Shown here one piece after another: positions 8,352 through 20,273 of a DNA stretch of 32,000 nt. The translations under genes and the position numbers were made by a program. Position 1 is the stretch's first letter, and each line of letters begins with the position of its first letter. Source of the stretch: Nitrosomonas europaea (GTDB lineage Bacteria; Pseudomonadota; Gammaproteobacteria; Burkholderiales; Nitrosomonadaceae); the NCBI RefSeq assembly GCF_900167395.1, contig NZ_FUWK01000010.1, positions 31,053-63,052 of the forward strand, given 5' to 3'. The notes under the pieces are model-generated. The model saw only the letters and a list, made by a program, of their open reading frames with translations, made no database searches and was not told where the DNA came from.

Positions 8352-8548
8352 CCGGGAGGTGTGCCGGACAAATCGGGTCGACTTGAGCGCTTGATTCTTA
8401 CCGTATTTTTATTTGTGCACTCGGACTGATCATCGTGCTGTTGCCAGTAACCGGCATCATCATCTGGATCAGGAAACAGGCAGCCCGCCTCAGTATGCCC
8501 GCTCGCCACCCGGTTACCCGGAAAATACTCGATCCGCAAAATATCTGA
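8352..8548 (+). pseudogene. remnant of the 3' end of a PepSY-associated TM (PiuB-like) gene, frameshifted and lacking its 5' part
   Basis: Frame 8352..8429 reads PGGVPDKSGRLERLILTVFLFVHSD*. Frame 8387..8548 has no start codon and reads ..RIFICALGLIIVLLPVTGIIIWIRKQAARLS..*. Joined, they resemble the G..GR.l..l.GL.l..L.vTG...W.rr C-terminal helix of PepSY-TM proteins, which commonly follow TonB-dependent receptors. Confidence 0.4.
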
Positions 8549-8708
8549 AAACCGACAGATTCCATGCAGGCAGCCAGGAGTAACTTCCAGCGCCCGAATG
8601 AAAAGGAATCCGGTTTAGGAAAATGTTATACACTCTTTACCCTGCACGACACAGTATCCGTATTTCATAAAAAACGGGTGTGTAATAAATCTTAAATAAA
8701 TTAATAGT

Positions 8709-8981
8709 ATGGTTAGAAGTGTGAAATGCATCAGACTTGGGTGTGAGGCAGAAGGGCTGGATTTTCCTCCTTATCCGGGAGAGCTGGGAAAACGGATTTT
8801 TGATAATGTTTCCAAGGAGGCTTGGAGCCAGTGGATCAAACACCAGACTATGCTGGTCAACGAAATGCGGCTGAATCTGGCGGATATCAAGGCACGCAAG
8901 TACCTTGCCAGCCAGATGGAAGCCTATTTCTTTGGTGAAGGTGCCGACCAGCCGGCAGGCTATATTCCTCCTGATAAATAA
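8709..8981 (+). CDS. yggX: Fe(2+)-trafficking / oxidative-damage protection protein YggX
   Basis: 90 aa, collinear with E. coli YggX as I recall it: [19 protein letters not shown]...SKEAW.QW...QTML.NE..LN. Confidence 0.9.
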   Translation: MVRSVKCIRLGCEAEGLDFPPYPGELGKRIFDNVSKEAWSQWIKHQTMLVNEMRLNLADIKARKYLASQMEAYFFGEGADQPAGYIPPDK

Positions 8982-9033
8982 ATCAAGCCGGATCATCGGG
9001 CGATAGTGATCAGTTCTCCGTATTCCAGCAATT

Positions 9034-11175
9034 TTGAGCAGTGATTTTGTGATAAATAATGAACCAGAGATGGCACCGGTAGCCAAGCCGGAGATGCCCG
9101 CTGCCAAACAGTTTCTGAACCGTGAACTTAGTCAGATCGAATTCAATCGCCGGGTATTGGCGCAGGCAGAGAATGAGGAAACACCTCTGCTGGAACGCCT
9201 GCGTTTCATTTGTATCGTCAGCAGTAACCTCGATGAATTTTTTGAAGTTCGTGTTGCCGGGCTGAAAGAACAAATCAAGCTGGATGCACCTGGTTCCGGT
9301 GCGGATGGCATGGCGCCTGGCCAGGCATTCGAACGGGTATCCGAGCAGGTGCGTGAACTGGTCTCCCGGCAATATCAGTTGCTCAATGACAATATTCTTC
9401 CCGCACTGGTGGAACAGGGTATTTGTTTCCTGCGGCGCGATTCCTGGAATGATGGCCAGCGCGAATGGATCAGGGATTTCTTCTTTCGCGAGCTGATGCC
9501 GATGCTTACCCCCATCGGTTTGGATCCTTTCCATCCTTTCCCGCGTATATTGAATAAAAGCCTGAATTTCGCGGTTGCATTGGAAGGAAAAGATGCTTTT
9601 GGCCGTAATTCAGGTGTTGCAATCGTTCAGGCGCCGCGTATTTTGCCTCGTGTCATACGGCTGCCAAAAGAAATCAGTGGCAGCCCCTATAGTTTCGTAT
9701 TCCTGTCATCCATTATCCATGCTCATGTGGGTGAACTTTTTACGGGTATGCGGGTGGTGGGCTGTTACCAGTTTCGTGTCACCCGTAACAGTGATTTGTT
9801 CGTTGATGAAGAGGAAATAAAGAATCTTCGTATTGCATTGCAGGGTGAATTGTCGCAACGTCATCTGGGGAATGCGGTCAGGCTCGAGGTGGCAGATAGT
9901 TGCTCGCAACAGATGGTTGAATTTTTGCTGGGGCAGTTTTCTCTTGGGAACGAAGATCTGTTTCAGGTGAACGGGCCAGTCAATCTGGTGCGGCTGATAC
10001 AGGTTTTTGATCTGATCGATCGACCTGACCTCAAATTTCCACGTTTCATTCCCGGTCTGCCTTTTTTTTCTCAGAAAAAGAAAGCACATAACATTTTCGA
10101 GCTGATCAGTAAGGGTGACATATTACTGCATCATCCCTACCAGTCGTTCCAGCCGGTCATTGAATTCATTCAGCAGGCTTATGCAGATCCGGATGTGATT
10201 GCTGTCAAGCAGACTGTTTATCGCACCGGTTCGGATTCAACGCTGATGGAAGCGCTCGTGGCAGCGGCCAGGCTGGGCAAGGAAGTTACGGTAGTGGTAG
10301 AGTTGCTGGCCCGGTTCGATGAAGAAGCCAATATCAACTGGGCGAAACGGCTGGAAGAGGTGGGTGCCCACGTCATTTATGGTGTGTTTGGTCACAAGAC
10401 GCATTGCAAAATGGCCATGATAGTACGGCGTGAGGCGGGGCAGTTGAAACGTTACGTCCATCTGGGTACAGGTAATTACCACCCTGGCACAGCCCGTGTT
10501 TACACGGATTTTGGCTTGCTGACCTGCCATGAGGAAATTTGTACCGATGTCAGTGAAGTATTTTTGCAACTGACCGGGTTGGGCAAAGCGAGCAAGCTGA
10601 AGCATCTCTGGCAATCACCATTCAGTCTGCATGGGCAGATACTGAACAGCATTCAACAGGAGATAAAGCATGCCAACGCGGGAGAACCTGCTGCCATCAT
10701 CGCTAAAATGAATGCATTACTGGAGCCGTCTGTCATTCAGGCACTTTATGCGGCTTCCGGTGCAGGCGTAAAAATTGATCTGATTGTGCGAGGTGCCTGC
10801 GCACTGCGCCCCGGTGTGCCGGGATTATCAGAGAATATTCGTGTGCGCTCCATCGTCGGGCGCTTTCTGGAACATACCCGCATTTTCTATTTTCTCAATG
10901 CAAAGCAGCATAACGTCTATCTGGCAAGTGCTGACTGGATGTACCGGAATTTTTTTCGTCGGGTGGAGATTTGTTTTCCGGTACTCGATCCGCGGTTGAA
11001 GAAGCGGGTAATCCTGGAGGGGCTGAAGCCCTATCTCCGTGATAACGTACAGGCATGGGAGATGAATGGTGACGGCCACTACAAACGAAAATCTGCAAGG
11101 AAGAACAACAGATTCAGTGCGCAGGAAGTTTTACTCGAGAAACTTGCAGCAGTAAAACAGGACGCTGTCGAATAA
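9034..11175 (+). CDS. ppk: polyphosphate kinase 1
   Basis: FLNRELS..FN.RVL N-terminus and the PPK1 core VYRTGSDS..GKEVTVVVELLARFDEEANINWAKRLEEVGAHVIYG..GHKTHCKM. The track start at 9034 is TTG; the ATG at 9070 (MAPVAK..) is a plausible alternative. Confidence 0.93.
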   Translation: MSSDFVINNEPEMAPVAKPEMPAAKQFLNRELSQIEFNRRVLAQAENEETPLLERLRFICIVSSNLDEFFEVRVAGLKEQIKLDAPGSGADGMAPGQAFERVSEQVRELVSRQYQLLNDNILPALVEQGICFLRRDSWNDGQREWIRDFFFRELMPMLTPIGLDPFHPFPRILNKSLNFAVALEGKDAFGRNSGVAIVQAPRILPRVIRLPKEISGSPYSFVFLSSIIHAHVGELFTGMRVVGCYQFRVTRNSDLFVDEEEIKNLRIALQGELSQRHLGNAVRLEVADSCSQQMVEFLLGQFSLGNEDLFQVNGPVNLVRLIQVFDLIDRPDLKFPRFIPGLPFFSQKKKAHNIFELISKGDILLHHPYQSFQPVIEFIQQAYADPDVIAVKQTVYRTGSDSTLMEALVAAARLGKEVTVVVELLARFDEEANINWAKRLEEVGAHVIYGVFGHKTHCKMAMIVRREAGQLKRYVHLGTGNYHPGTARVYTDFGLLTCHEEICTDVSEVFLQLTGLGKASKLKHLWQSPFSLHGQILNSIQQEIKHANAGEPAAIIAKMNALLEPSVIQALYAASGAGVKIDLIVRGACALRPGVPGLSENIRVRSIVGRFLEHTRIFYFLNAKQHNVYLASADWMYRNFFRRVEICFPVLDPRLKKRVILEGLKPYLRDNVQAWEMNGDGHYKRKSARKNNRFSAQEVLLEKLAAVKQDAVE

Positions 11176-11191
11176 CTGTAATGAAATCAGG

Positions 11192-11243
11192 CAAAAAATA
11201 CCCCGCAGTCCGGTTTGATTGCTTTTCCGGAAGTCTGCGGGGG
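11192..11243 (-). terminator. rho-independent terminator downstream of fba (also closes ppk)
   Basis: On the minus strand, CCCCGCAGAC..(loop)..GACTGCGGGG is followed by TATTTTTTG. It lies between the convergent stops at 11175 (+) and 11264 (-). Confidence 0.7.
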
Positions 11244-11263
11244 TGTGGGAAGATTTTCTTGGA

Positions 11264-12328
11264 TTACTTGATGATGGCTTTCAGTTCACCACGCAGATAA
11301 CGGTTTGCCATGGTTTCCAGTGAGATGGGTTTGATCTTGCCAGCCTGACCAGCGGACCCAAAAGCTTCGAAACGGGCTTTACAGATATCCTTGGCAGCTG
11401 CAGTAGCATCTTTCAGAAATTTGCGCGGATCGAACTCACTTTTGTTTTTCGCCAGATGGCGCCGGATTGCTCCCGTCATTGCCAGACGGATATCCGTATC
11501 GATATTGACTTTACGCACACCATATTTGATACCCTGCTGGATTTCCTCTACCGGCACTCCATAGGTTTCTTTCATATCTCCGCCATATTCACGGATGATT
11601 TCCAGCCATTCCTGAGGAACGGAGCTGGATCCATGCATGACCAGATGGGTATTGGGGATACGCTCATGAATTTCCTTGACTCGCTGGATAGCGAGGATAT
11701 CACCTGTGGGTTTGCGGGTGAATTTATACGCACCGTGGGAGGTCCCGATTGCAATTGCCAATGCATCCACACCAGTTTGCTTGACGAAATCGGCTGCCTG
11801 CTCGGGGTCAGTCAGTAACTGATCGTGTGACAGCTGCCCTTCGGCACCATGACCGTCTTCAGCTTCACCCTGACCTGATTCCAGCGATCCCAGGCAGCCC
11901 AGCTCACCTTCCACGGAAACACCTACGGCATGTGCCATTGCAACTACTTTGGAAGTGACATCGACGTTATATTCGTATGATGAAGGAGTTTTTCCATCTT
12001 CTTCCAGCGATCCATCCATCATTACACTGGAAAAGCCGCTGCGAATAGCGTTGATGCATACAGCAGGTGAAGCACCGTGGTCCTGATGCATTACCACGGG
12101 AATATGCGGATAGGCTTCGACCGCAGCAGCAATCAGATGACGCAGGAATGCTTCTCCAGCGTACTTGCGCGCACCAGCTGAACCCTGCATGATCACCGGG
12201 CTGTCGCATTCATCAGCGGCCTGCATGATCGCATGGATCTGCTCCAGGTTATTGACGTTGAAAGCCGGGAGTCCATACCCATTTTCAGCTGCATGATCCA
12301 GTAACTGGCGTAAAGATACGAGTGCCAT
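11264..12328 (-). CDS. fba: class II fructose-1,6-bisphosphate aldolase (Calvin-cycle subtype)
   Basis: 354 aa with [23 protein letters not shown] and HGSSSVP class II signatures. Confidence 0.93.
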   Translation of the reverse strand: MALVSLRQLLDHAAENGYGLPAFNVNNLEQIHAIMQAADECDSPVIMQGSAGARKYAGEAFLRHLIAAAVEAYPHIPVVMHQDHGASPAVCINAIRSGFSSVMMDGSLEEDGKTPSSYEYNVDVTSKVVAMAHAVGVSVEGELGCLGSLESGQGEAEDGHGAEGQLSHDQLLTDPEQAADFVKQTGVDALAIAIGTSHGAYKFTRKPTGDILAIQRVKEIHERIPNTHLVMHGSSSVPQEWLEIIREYGGDMKETYGVPVEEIQQGIKYGVRKVNIDTDIRLAMTGAIRRHLAKNKSEFDPRKFLKDATAAAKDICKARFEAFGSAGQAGKIKPISLETMANRYLRGELKAIIK

Positions 12329-12526
12329 TGAAGTCTCCTTTAAATAAAATTAATGTATTGATTTCCTGACGAAACTAGAGCTTTATATTTCCTGAAATAA
12401 AATCATTCAGCAGCAGGTGGCAGTAAAAATAATGAATGGTACGCCTGAATCAAAATTATAAACCTGCTGATTATAAATTACTTTCATCACCAGTCTGGCA
12501 CTGCCTGGCAGTGATATGTTTACTTT

Positions 12527-14017
12527 TTACAGATTCTGCGGATCAGAAAAGGGTTGTTGCGCCACTTCTCTTACTGCTTGTGCAGCTTTCTTGGAACTGC
12601 CTACTTTGATGATCTTCATGGTGTTCGTCCCGCCAGCTTTGCCAACCGGTTCACCGATCGTCATGATTATCAGATCTTCGTCGCGTACCGCACCACGCTT
12701 GAGTAACTCGTCTTCAGCCATGCCTAGGATGATTTCGGGATCACACAGTCCTTGTCCGAATTCTATGGGATAAACGCCTCGGAAAAGGGTGACTTTACCC
12801 AGGGTATCTTCTTGCGGGCTGAGTGCAAAGATGGGTGCTTTCGAACTTCTGCGTGACATGAACAACGCTGTTACACCACTTTGTGTCAATGCTGCAATTG
12901 CCTGGATATTGAGTGAACCGGCTGCGTACATGGTAGCGCGCGCAATGGCATCTTCAATACTGATTGACTGTGTATCGGGGGAACGGCGTGCTCTCAAACT
13001 GGGTGTATATTCCTTTTCTGCTTCGAGACAAACTCTGGCCATGGCTTCGACGGCTTCAACCGGGTATTGCCCTGCGGCCGACTCAGCGGACAGCATGACT
13101 GCATCGGTACCATCCAGTACGGCATTGGCAACATCTGATACTTCTGCGCGTGTCGGAATAGGGTTGGAAATCATGGATTCCATCATTTGCGTAGCGGTAA
13201 TTACCAGCTTATTTGCTTCACGTGCAGATCGTATCATGCGTTTTTGCAAGGCGGGAACAGCGGCATCTCCTACTTCGACTGCCAGATCTCCACGGGCCAC
13301 CATGATGGCATCAGACGCTTCCAGAATATCATCCAGTGCCAGAATGGCTTCTGAGCGCTCGATTTTTGCCATGAGCAAACTATGCCCCTGAGCTTCCTGC
13401 ATCAGTGCGCGCGCGCGTCTGATATCGTCACCGGAGCGAGGGAAGGATACTGCGAGATAATCTGCTCGAATGACTGCGGAAGTCTTGATATCCAGTAAAT
13501 CTTTCGCAGTGAGTGCAGGTGCGCTCAACCCTCCGCCTTTCCGGTTAATACCTTTATTGTTGGAAAGAATCCCGCCCTGCAACACTTCACAAAAGATTTC
13601 ACTTTCTCTGACTTTGGCCACCGTCAGAACGATACGTCCATCATCCAATAAGAGCGTGGCGCCTGCTTCGACATCATTAGGAAGTTCCCGATAATCCAGT
13701 CCGACCCGTTCCTGGTTTCCCAGCTGGCATTCTGCATCGAGTATGAATTCATCCCCGGTTTTGAGTCGAATTTTTCCCTGTTCAAACTTACCGATACGAA
13801 TTTTTGGCCCCTGTAAATCAGCCAGTACACCGACTGTACGGCCAAGCGAGCGGGCGAGCGAACGAACCAGTTCTACGGAAGCGATGTGCTCATCTTTTGT
13901 TCCGTGTGAGAAATTGATACGGATAACATCGACACCAGCTTCGAGCATTCGCCCCAGAACTTCAGCATTACTGGAAGCCGGTCCTAACGTTGCTACAATT
14001 TTTGTTCTTCGCATCAT
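12527..14017 (-). CDS. pyk: pyruvate kinase
   Basis: RRTKIVATLGPAS, INFSHG, DLQGPKIR and MVARGDLAVE motifs; 496 aa. Confidence 0.93.
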   Translation of the reverse strand: MMRRTKIVATLGPASSNAEVLGRMLEAGVDVIRINFSHGTKDEHIASVELVRSLARSLGRTVGVLADLQGPKIRIGKFEQGKIRLKTGDEFILDAECQLGNQERVGLDYRELPNDVEAGATLLLDDGRIVLTVAKVRESEIFCEVLQGGILSNNKGINRKGGGLSAPALTAKDLLDIKTSAVIRADYLAVSFPRSGDDIRRARALMQEAQGHSLLMAKIERSEAILALDDILEASDAIMVARGDLAVEVGDAAVPALQKRMIRSAREANKLVITATQMMESMISNPIPTRAEVSDVANAVLDGTDAVMLSAESAAGQYPVEAVEAMARVCLEAEKEYTPSLRARRSPDTQSISIEDAIARATMYAAGSLNIQAIAALTQSGVTALFMSRRSSKAPIFALSPQEDTLGKVTLFRGVYPIEFGQGLCDPEIILGMAEDELLKRGAVRDEDLIIMTIGEPVGKAGGTNTMKIIKVGSSKKAAQAVREVAQQPFSDPQNL

Positions 14018-14051
14018 TTCTGGAATTTCCGGAAGAAAATCTTCTCAGACC

Positions 14052-15230
14052 TCACTTCGCACGTAATTCCAGAATCTCGACAGCAGGTAATTTCTTCCCT
14101 TCCAGAAACTCCAGGAATGCTCCTCCGGCAGTGGATATATAGGAAACTTTATCGTAGATGTCGTACTTTTGGATGGCAGCGATTGTGTCACCGCCCCCCG
14201 CCAGGGTGAAGGCATCCGTTTCAGCAATTGCCTTGGCTATGGCGCGTGTTCCTTCTCCAAATTGATCGAATTCGAATACACCGACCGGGCCATTCCAGAC
14301 TACCGTACCGGCTTTCATGATGATGTCGACCAATTCTTGAGCACTCTCAGGCCCGATATCAAAGATCATGTCGTCATCAGAAACAGCGTTGGCTGCTTTT
14401 AGAACAGCAGCTTCATCTTCAGCGAATTTCTTTCCGACGACGACATCTACTGCGATGGGAATCGTTGCATTACGCTTGTTCATTTTATCCATCAGGGATT
14501 TTGCAACGGGTACCAGTTCATCCTCGCACAGGGATTTTCCAATGTTGTTCCCTGCGGCCTTGAGAAAAGTGTTGGCAATTCCCCCGCCGACTACGAGCTG
14601 ATCAACTTTTTCAGCAAGCGATTCCAGCACGGTCAGTTTGGTGGAAACTTTTGATCCGCCTACGATTGCCACCAGCGGATGTGCTGGCTGATGCAGGGCT
14701 TTTGTCAGCGCATCGAGTTCTTCGGTAAGCAAAATACCTGCACAGGCAATCGGTGCATATTTGGCGATACCATGTGTCGAAGCTTCTGCACGGTGTGCTG
14801 TACCAAAAGCATCCATGACGAATACATCACACAAACTGGCATATTTCTTGGCGGTTTCTTCGAGGTTCTTTTTTTCACCTTTATTGATCCGACAATTTTC
14901 CAGGACTACCAACTCTCCAGATGCAACTTCAAATCCACCCTCTACCCAGTCTTTGATCAACCGGACAGGCTTTCCCAGTCTCCGGGCAATATCATCGGCA
15001 ACCGGCTGGAGAGAATTTTCTTCTGTCCATACCCCTTCTTCCGGCCGTCCAAGATGAGAGGTCACCATGACTTTTGCGCCTTGTTTCAGGCAGTGGTTGA
15101 TCGTTGCCATCGAGGCAGTAATGCGCGCATCTGATGTCACTTTCCCGTCTTTTACAGGAACATTCAAATCAGCGCGGATAAAGACGCGTTTGTTCTTCAG
15201 ATCAAGATCGACAAGTTTAATAACGGACAC
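14052..15230 (-). CDS. pgk: phosphoglycerate kinase
   Basis: [27 protein letters not shown] and LAGGGDT motifs; 392 aa. Confidence 0.95.
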   Translation of the reverse strand: MSVIKLVDLDLKNKRVFIRADLNVPVKDGKVTSDARITASMATINHCLKQGAKVMVTSHLGRPEEGVWTEENSLQPVADDIARRLGKPVRLIKDWVEGGFEVASGELVVLENCRINKGEKKNLEETAKKYASLCDVFVMDAFGTAHRAEASTHGIAKYAPIACAGILLTEELDALTKALHQPAHPLVAIVGGSKVSTKLTVLESLAEKVDQLVVGGGIANTFLKAAGNNIGKSLCEDELVPVAKSLMDKMNKRNATIPIAVDVVVGKKFAEDEAAVLKAANAVSDDDMIFDIGPESAQELVDIIMKAGTVVWNGPVGVFEFDQFGEGTRAIAKAIAETDAFTLAGGGDTIAAIQKYDIYDKVSYISTAGGAFLEFLEGKKLPAVEILELRAK

Positions 15231-15443
15231 GTTGACTCCAAGTTAGCCGGGTTACGGGTTTCAAAAATGTGAGAGAAAGAAATTCTTCTGATCGCTTGGT
15301 TAAAAATTGCGGGCATGGTCTCCACACCAGAACGAGCGACCATCACAAATGTTTTTACAGATATGTTTTTACGGATTAGTGAACATTCATATCCTTCCAG
15401 GCTTTCTGCACAGTACAAAGATATTTCCGATATAGAAGCAATA

Positions 15444-15534
15444 ATGCTGTAACTGGCACAAGGACAATTACAGCATGGCCATCGAACAACCATGAAAACA
15501 GGGTTGTTCGGTTTATGAGAAGAAAAATTTCTTC
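15444..15534 (-). promoter_or_regulatory. three consecutive stem-loops immediately downstream of gap (mRNA 3'-end, attenuation or stability elements)
   Basis: GAAGAA(A)/(T)TTCTTC at 15519-15534. CGAACAACC/GGTTGTTCG at 15483-15510 (9 bp, 10-nt loop). ATGCTGTAA/TTACAGCAT at 15444-15476 (9 bp, 15-nt loop). None has a strong U-tract. Confidence 0.35.
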
Positions 15535-15536
15535 GG

Positions 15537-16556
<1,020 letters not shown>

Positions 16557-16601
16557 TTAATAAAAAATCTGTTTTACGAGTAAAAACGAATTTTGTTTAC
16601 C

Positions 16602-18620
16602 TTATATAACCCTTTTCACGGCATTTACGACATTCTCAACGGTAAATCCGAAATATTCGAATAATTTTTCTGCAGGAGCCGATTCACCGAATCTGTCGAT
16701 TCCGATTACATCTCCTTCAAGGCCGACGTATTTACGCCAGTAATCGGTAACCCCTGCTTCGACAGCTACACGTGCAATTCCCTTGGGCAGAACACTGTCC
16801 CGGTACGCCTGATCCTGTCTGTCAAAAATATTTGTACAAGGCATGGATACGACGCGAACTGCAATACCGCTTTCTGCCAGTGTTTTCTGTGCAGCCATTG
16901 CCAACCCGATTTCCGAGCCGGTTGCAATGATAATGGCCTGTGGCTTTCTGTTTGCTGCTTCAGAGAGGATATATCCCCCTTTTCTGATCAGGCTGATCGT
17001 TACTGCATCCCGTTTCTGGAAGGGTAGGTTCTGGCGGCTGAATATAAGGGATGACGGACCTTCTCTGCGCTCAATGGCGGATACCCATGAAACGATCGAT
17101 TCAACGGTATCGCACGGACGCCATACATCCATATTGGGAATCATGCGCAGTGTGGCAGTTTGTTCAACCGGCTGATGGGTCGGACCATCTTCCCCTAGCC
17201 CGATCGAATCATGAGTGAACACGAAAATGTTACGAATTTTCATCAATGCCGCCATGCGCAGAGCATTGCGGGCGTATTCGGAAAACATCAGGAAAGTACC
17301 GCCGTAGGGGATGATTCCGCCATGCAACGACAGGCCATTCATGATGGCGCTCATGCCAAATTCCCGGACACCGTAAAAAACATAGTTACCGGTAGATTCT
17401 GTGCTAATTCCCTTGGAACCAGACCACATGGTGAGGTTGGAGCCGGCCAGGTCTGCTGATCCGCCAATCAGTTCGGGTAATACCGGTGCCAGTGCCTCAA
17501 TTGAATTTTGTGATGCTTTCCGGGTCGCGATGGTTTCTTCCCTGGCATTGATCTGGCTAATAGTGCCCTCAACGTGATCAGCCCACCCGACGGGTAACTC
17601 GTCAGCCATGCGGCGGGTAAATTCAGCGGCTTCTGCCGGATATTTTTTGCCGTATTCCGCAAACATGCTGTTCCATGCGGATTCCAGCGCCTGACCTTTG
17701 GCACGCGCATCCCATGCATCGTAAACTTCTTGCGGAATTTCGAATGGCAGGTAATTCCAGCCGATGTGAGGGCGGGCTGCAGCAATTTCGTCATTTCCGA
17801 GCGCAGCACCATGAACATGGCTGGTATTGGCTTTGTTGGGCGAACCCATTCCAATGACTGTTTTGCAACATATCAGTGTGGGTTTGTCCTGTACTTTCTT
17901 CGCGGCTTCGATGGCAGCCTGTATTGCTACGGGATCATGTCCGTTGACATCTGGAACGACGTGCCAGCCATAAGATTCGAAGCGTTTGGGGGTGTTGTCC
18001 GTAAACCATCCTTCGACATGTCCATCAATGGAAATTCCATTATCATCATAAAAGCAGACCAGTTTACCCAGCTTCAATGTTCCTGCCAGTGAACAGGCTT
18101 CATGGGAAATGCCTTCCATCATGCAACCATCGCCCAGAAATACGTAGGTGTAGTGGTCGACGATCGGGAAATAAGGCCGGTTGAATTCTTCTGCCAGAAT
18201 TTTTTCTGCCAACGCCATCCCTACGGCATTGGTGATACCTTGTCCCAGCGGCCCTGTGGTGGTTTCCACACCGGGGGTGTAGCCGTATTCAGGGTGTCCT
18301 GGAGTTTTGGAATGAAGCTGACGGAAATTTTTTATGTCTTCGATGGACAGATCGTAGCCGGTCAGGTGGAGCAGAGCATAGATCAGCATGGAACCATGGC
18401 CGTTTGATAGTACAAACCGGTCACGATCCACCCAGTCAGGATTTGTCGGATTGTGGCGCATGTGGTGGTTCCACAATACTTCTGCAATTTCCGCCATACC
18501 CATTGGCATACCCGGATGGCCGGAATTTGCTTTCTGGACGGCATCCATGGCCAGTGCACGAATCGCACTGGTCAAATTCTTGAACACTGGTGCGCTGAAA
18601 TCTTTAAATGCTTCCTTCAT
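16602..18620 (-). CDS. tkt: transketolase
   Basis: [22 protein letters not shown] and [16 protein letters not shown] motifs; 672 aa. Confidence 0.95.
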   Translation of the reverse strand: MKEAFKDFSAPVFKNLTSAIRALAMDAVQKANSGHPGMPMGMAEIAEVLWNHHMRHNPTNPDWVDRDRFVLSNGHGSMLIYALLHLTGYDLSIEDIKNFRQLHSKTPGHPEYGYTPGVETTTGPLGQGITNAVGMALAEKILAEEFNRPYFPIVDHYTYVFLGDGCMMEGISHEACSLAGTLKLGKLVCFYDDNGISIDGHVEGWFTDNTPKRFESYGWHVVPDVNGHDPVAIQAAIEAAKKVQDKPTLICCKTVIGMGSPNKANTSHVHGAALGNDEIAAARPHIGWNYLPFEIPQEVYDAWDARAKGQALESAWNSMFAEYGKKYPAEAAEFTRRMADELPVGWADHVEGTISQINAREETIATRKASQNSIEALAPVLPELIGGSADLAGSNLTMWSGSKGISTESTGNYVFYGVREFGMSAIMNGLSLHGGIIPYGGTFLMFSEYARNALRMAALMKIRNIFVFTHDSIGLGEDGPTHQPVEQTATLRMIPNMDVWRPCDTVESIVSWVSAIERREGPSSLIFSRQNLPFQKRDAVTISLIRKGGYILSEAANRKPQAIIIATGSEIGLAMAAQKTLAESGIAVRVVSMPCTNIFDRQDQAYRDSVLPKGIARVAVEAGVTDYWRKYVGLEGDVIGIDRFGESAPAEKLFEYFGFTVENVVNAVKRVI

Positions 18621-18840
18621 TTATTTTCATCCTCGATTGTTCAAAAACCATAGCTCAATGTTATGCACCACATGACAACAAAAGCCGACAAAAGTGACCA
18701 TTATCTCTTAAGTCCGGATAGTTCACAATACAGGTTGTAATTTCTTCATTTCTTCTGATCATTGGCCGAATTTAAAGGAAATGGCTTGGTAAAATAGCCA
18801 ATTGAAAGGTATCATTCCGCTTTTAGTTGACCGGATACAG

Positions 18841-18928
18841 GGAAGCGTGGCCGAGCGGTTTAAGGCACTGGTCTTGAAAACCAGCGATGGGCAACCATCC
18901 GTGAGTTCGAATCTCACCGCTTCCGCCA
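18841..18928 (+). tRNA. tRNA-Ser (anticodon UGA), class II with long variable arm, encoded CCA
   Basis: Acceptor stem GGAAGCG/CGCTTCC, D arm GCCGAGCGGTTTAAGGC, anticodon stem-loop CACTGG-TCTTGAAAA-CCAGCG, T arm GAGTTCGAATCTC, and 3' GCCA. Nearly collinear with E. coli tRNA-Ser(UGA) as I recall it. Confidence 0.92.
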
Positions 18929-19060
18929 TTCGCAGTAATTTCCTGTTTTTATTATCTGCTCTCAAAATCTGAAGAGATGAAGAGAGATGGCTTTGCAGGT
19001 TTTGTATCAGGGAAAAGATCAGCACATTGGCTGGTATGAAAAAATGGAGAGAATTTAACG

Positions 19061-20224
19061 ATGAGCGTCCCTTTTTTGCAGCAATACCGGGTGGGCAGTT
19101 ACATCCTGAAACAAAAACTTGCAGGCAACAAACGTTATCCGCTGGTGCTGATGCTTGAGCCACTGTTCCAGTGCAATCTGGCCTGTGCGGGTTGTGGCAA
19201 GATAGATTACCCGGAAGAAACGTTACGCCGTCGCCTGAGTGTGGATGAATGTTTGCATGCCGTGGATGAATGCGGGGCTCCGGTCGTTTCCATTGCGGGA
19301 GGGGAGCCGCTCATCCATAAGGAAATGCCGCAGATCGTGCAGGGCATCATTCAGCGCAAAAAGTTTGTATATCTGTGCACCAATGCACTGCTGCTGGATA
19401 CTCGCATGGACGACTATCAGCCTTCGCCCTATCTTACATTTTCCATTCACCTCGATGGCAATCGCGAGCGCCACGATGCATCGGTATGCAGAGAGGGTGT
19501 GTATGACAAGGTTATTCCGGTGATCGAACAGGCGCTTCAGCGTGGTTTCCGGGTGACGGTCAATTGCACTTTGTTCCAGAGTGAAACAGCAGAAGAAGTG
19601 GCGGAGTTTTTTGATACAGCCACCAAGCTCGGCGTTGAAGGTATCAATGTTTCCCCGGGATTCAGTTATGAGCATGCGCCGCGGCAGGATGTATTCCTGC
19701 AGCGGTCGGTAAGCAAACGGTTGTTCCGTTCGATTTTTGAAATCGGCAAAAAACGCAAGCTTCCCTGGAAATTCAATCATTCCAGCCTGTATCTGGATTT
19801 TCTCGCAGGTAATCAGAGTTATAAATGTACGCCGTGGGGAAACCCCACGCGTAATCTGTTTGGCTGGCAGCGGCCCTGCTACCTGCTGGTGGATGAAGGT
19901 TATGCAACAAGTTTCCGTGAGCTGATGGAAGAAACCGACTGGGATCGCTATGGTGTCGGCAACAATCCCAAATGTGCAAACTGTATGGCACACTGCGGGT
20001 TTGAGCCCACTGCCATCAACGATACCTTTGCTCATCCGCTTAAAGCATTACGGGTCAGCATGCGTGGTCCGCGCGTAGAAGGGCCTATGGCACTTGATCC
20101 GCTACAAACGAGCAGTGAGTCGCAGCACAATACCGATAAACGGAAACCTTTTCCCATACCGGTGACTGTTGAACATAAAACGGTTGCACCGTCATCGGAT
20201 CATTCATCTGGTCCGGATAACTGA
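19061..20224 (+). CDS. hpnH: radical SAM adenosyl-hopene transferase HpnH
   Basis: CNLACAGC (CxxxCxxC) cluster near the N-terminus, and overall similarity to the HpnH family (..YRVGSYILKQKL..YPLVLMLEPLFQCNL..). It is followed by hpnB- and hpnM-like genes. Confidence 0.8.
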   Translation: MSVPFLQQYRVGSYILKQKLAGNKRYPLVLMLEPLFQCNLACAGCGKIDYPEETLRRRLSVDECLHAVDECGAPVVSIAGGEPLIHKEMPQIVQGIIQRKKFVYLCTNALLLDTRMDDYQPSPYLTFSIHLDGNRERHDASVCREGVYDKVIPVIEQALQRGFRVTVNCTLFQSETAEEVAEFFDTATKLGVEGINVSPGFSYEHAPRQDVFLQRSVSKRLFRSIFEIGKKRKLPWKFNHSSLYLDFLAGNQSYKCTPWGNPTRNLFGWQRPCYLLVDEGYATSFRELMEETDWDRYGVGNNPKCANCMAHCGFEPTAINDTFAHPLKALRVSMRGPRVEGPMALDPLQTSSESQHNTDKRKPFPIPVTVEHKTVAPSSDHSSGPDN

Positions 20225-20273
20225 TACTTCTTTGTTTGCCTGAAGATATTCATATTCCCGCGTATCGAAGGTC

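Noticed and set aside
10062-10069. T8 homopolymer inside ppk, with a G8 inside serC at 24866-24873 and a T8 inside hpnB near 20807-20816, as possible phase-variation tracts
   Set aside because: All are in frame in intact housekeeping genes. The serC tract encodes the conserved QGG of the LQGGAS motif. The tracts are short and there is no sign of slippage.
12500-12516. TGGCAC..GGCA sequence resembling a sigma54 -24/-12 element, and the adjacent CACTGCC-T-GGCAGTG palindrome
   Set aside because: The GG and GC spacing does not fit TGGCAC-N5-TTGC, and no plus-strand gene lies downstream. It is more likely just a small hairpin after the pyk stop.
15197-15493. 98-aa minus-strand ORF in the gap-pgk spacer
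   Set aside because: Its 3' part overlaps the pgk start region in another frame, and its 5' part is built from the stem-loop sequences. It has no recognisable motifs.
18841-19060. tRNA-Ser as the integration site of a genomic island
   Set aside because: There is no integrase next to the tRNA. I did not spot a direct repeat of the tRNA 3' end elsewhere in the window. The flanking genes (tkt operon, hpn genes, gyrA) are core functions.
18759-19163. 134-aa minus-strand ORF
   Set aside because: It runs straight through the tRNA-Ser gene and into the hpnH start. It is explained by the tRNA and the intergenic sequence.
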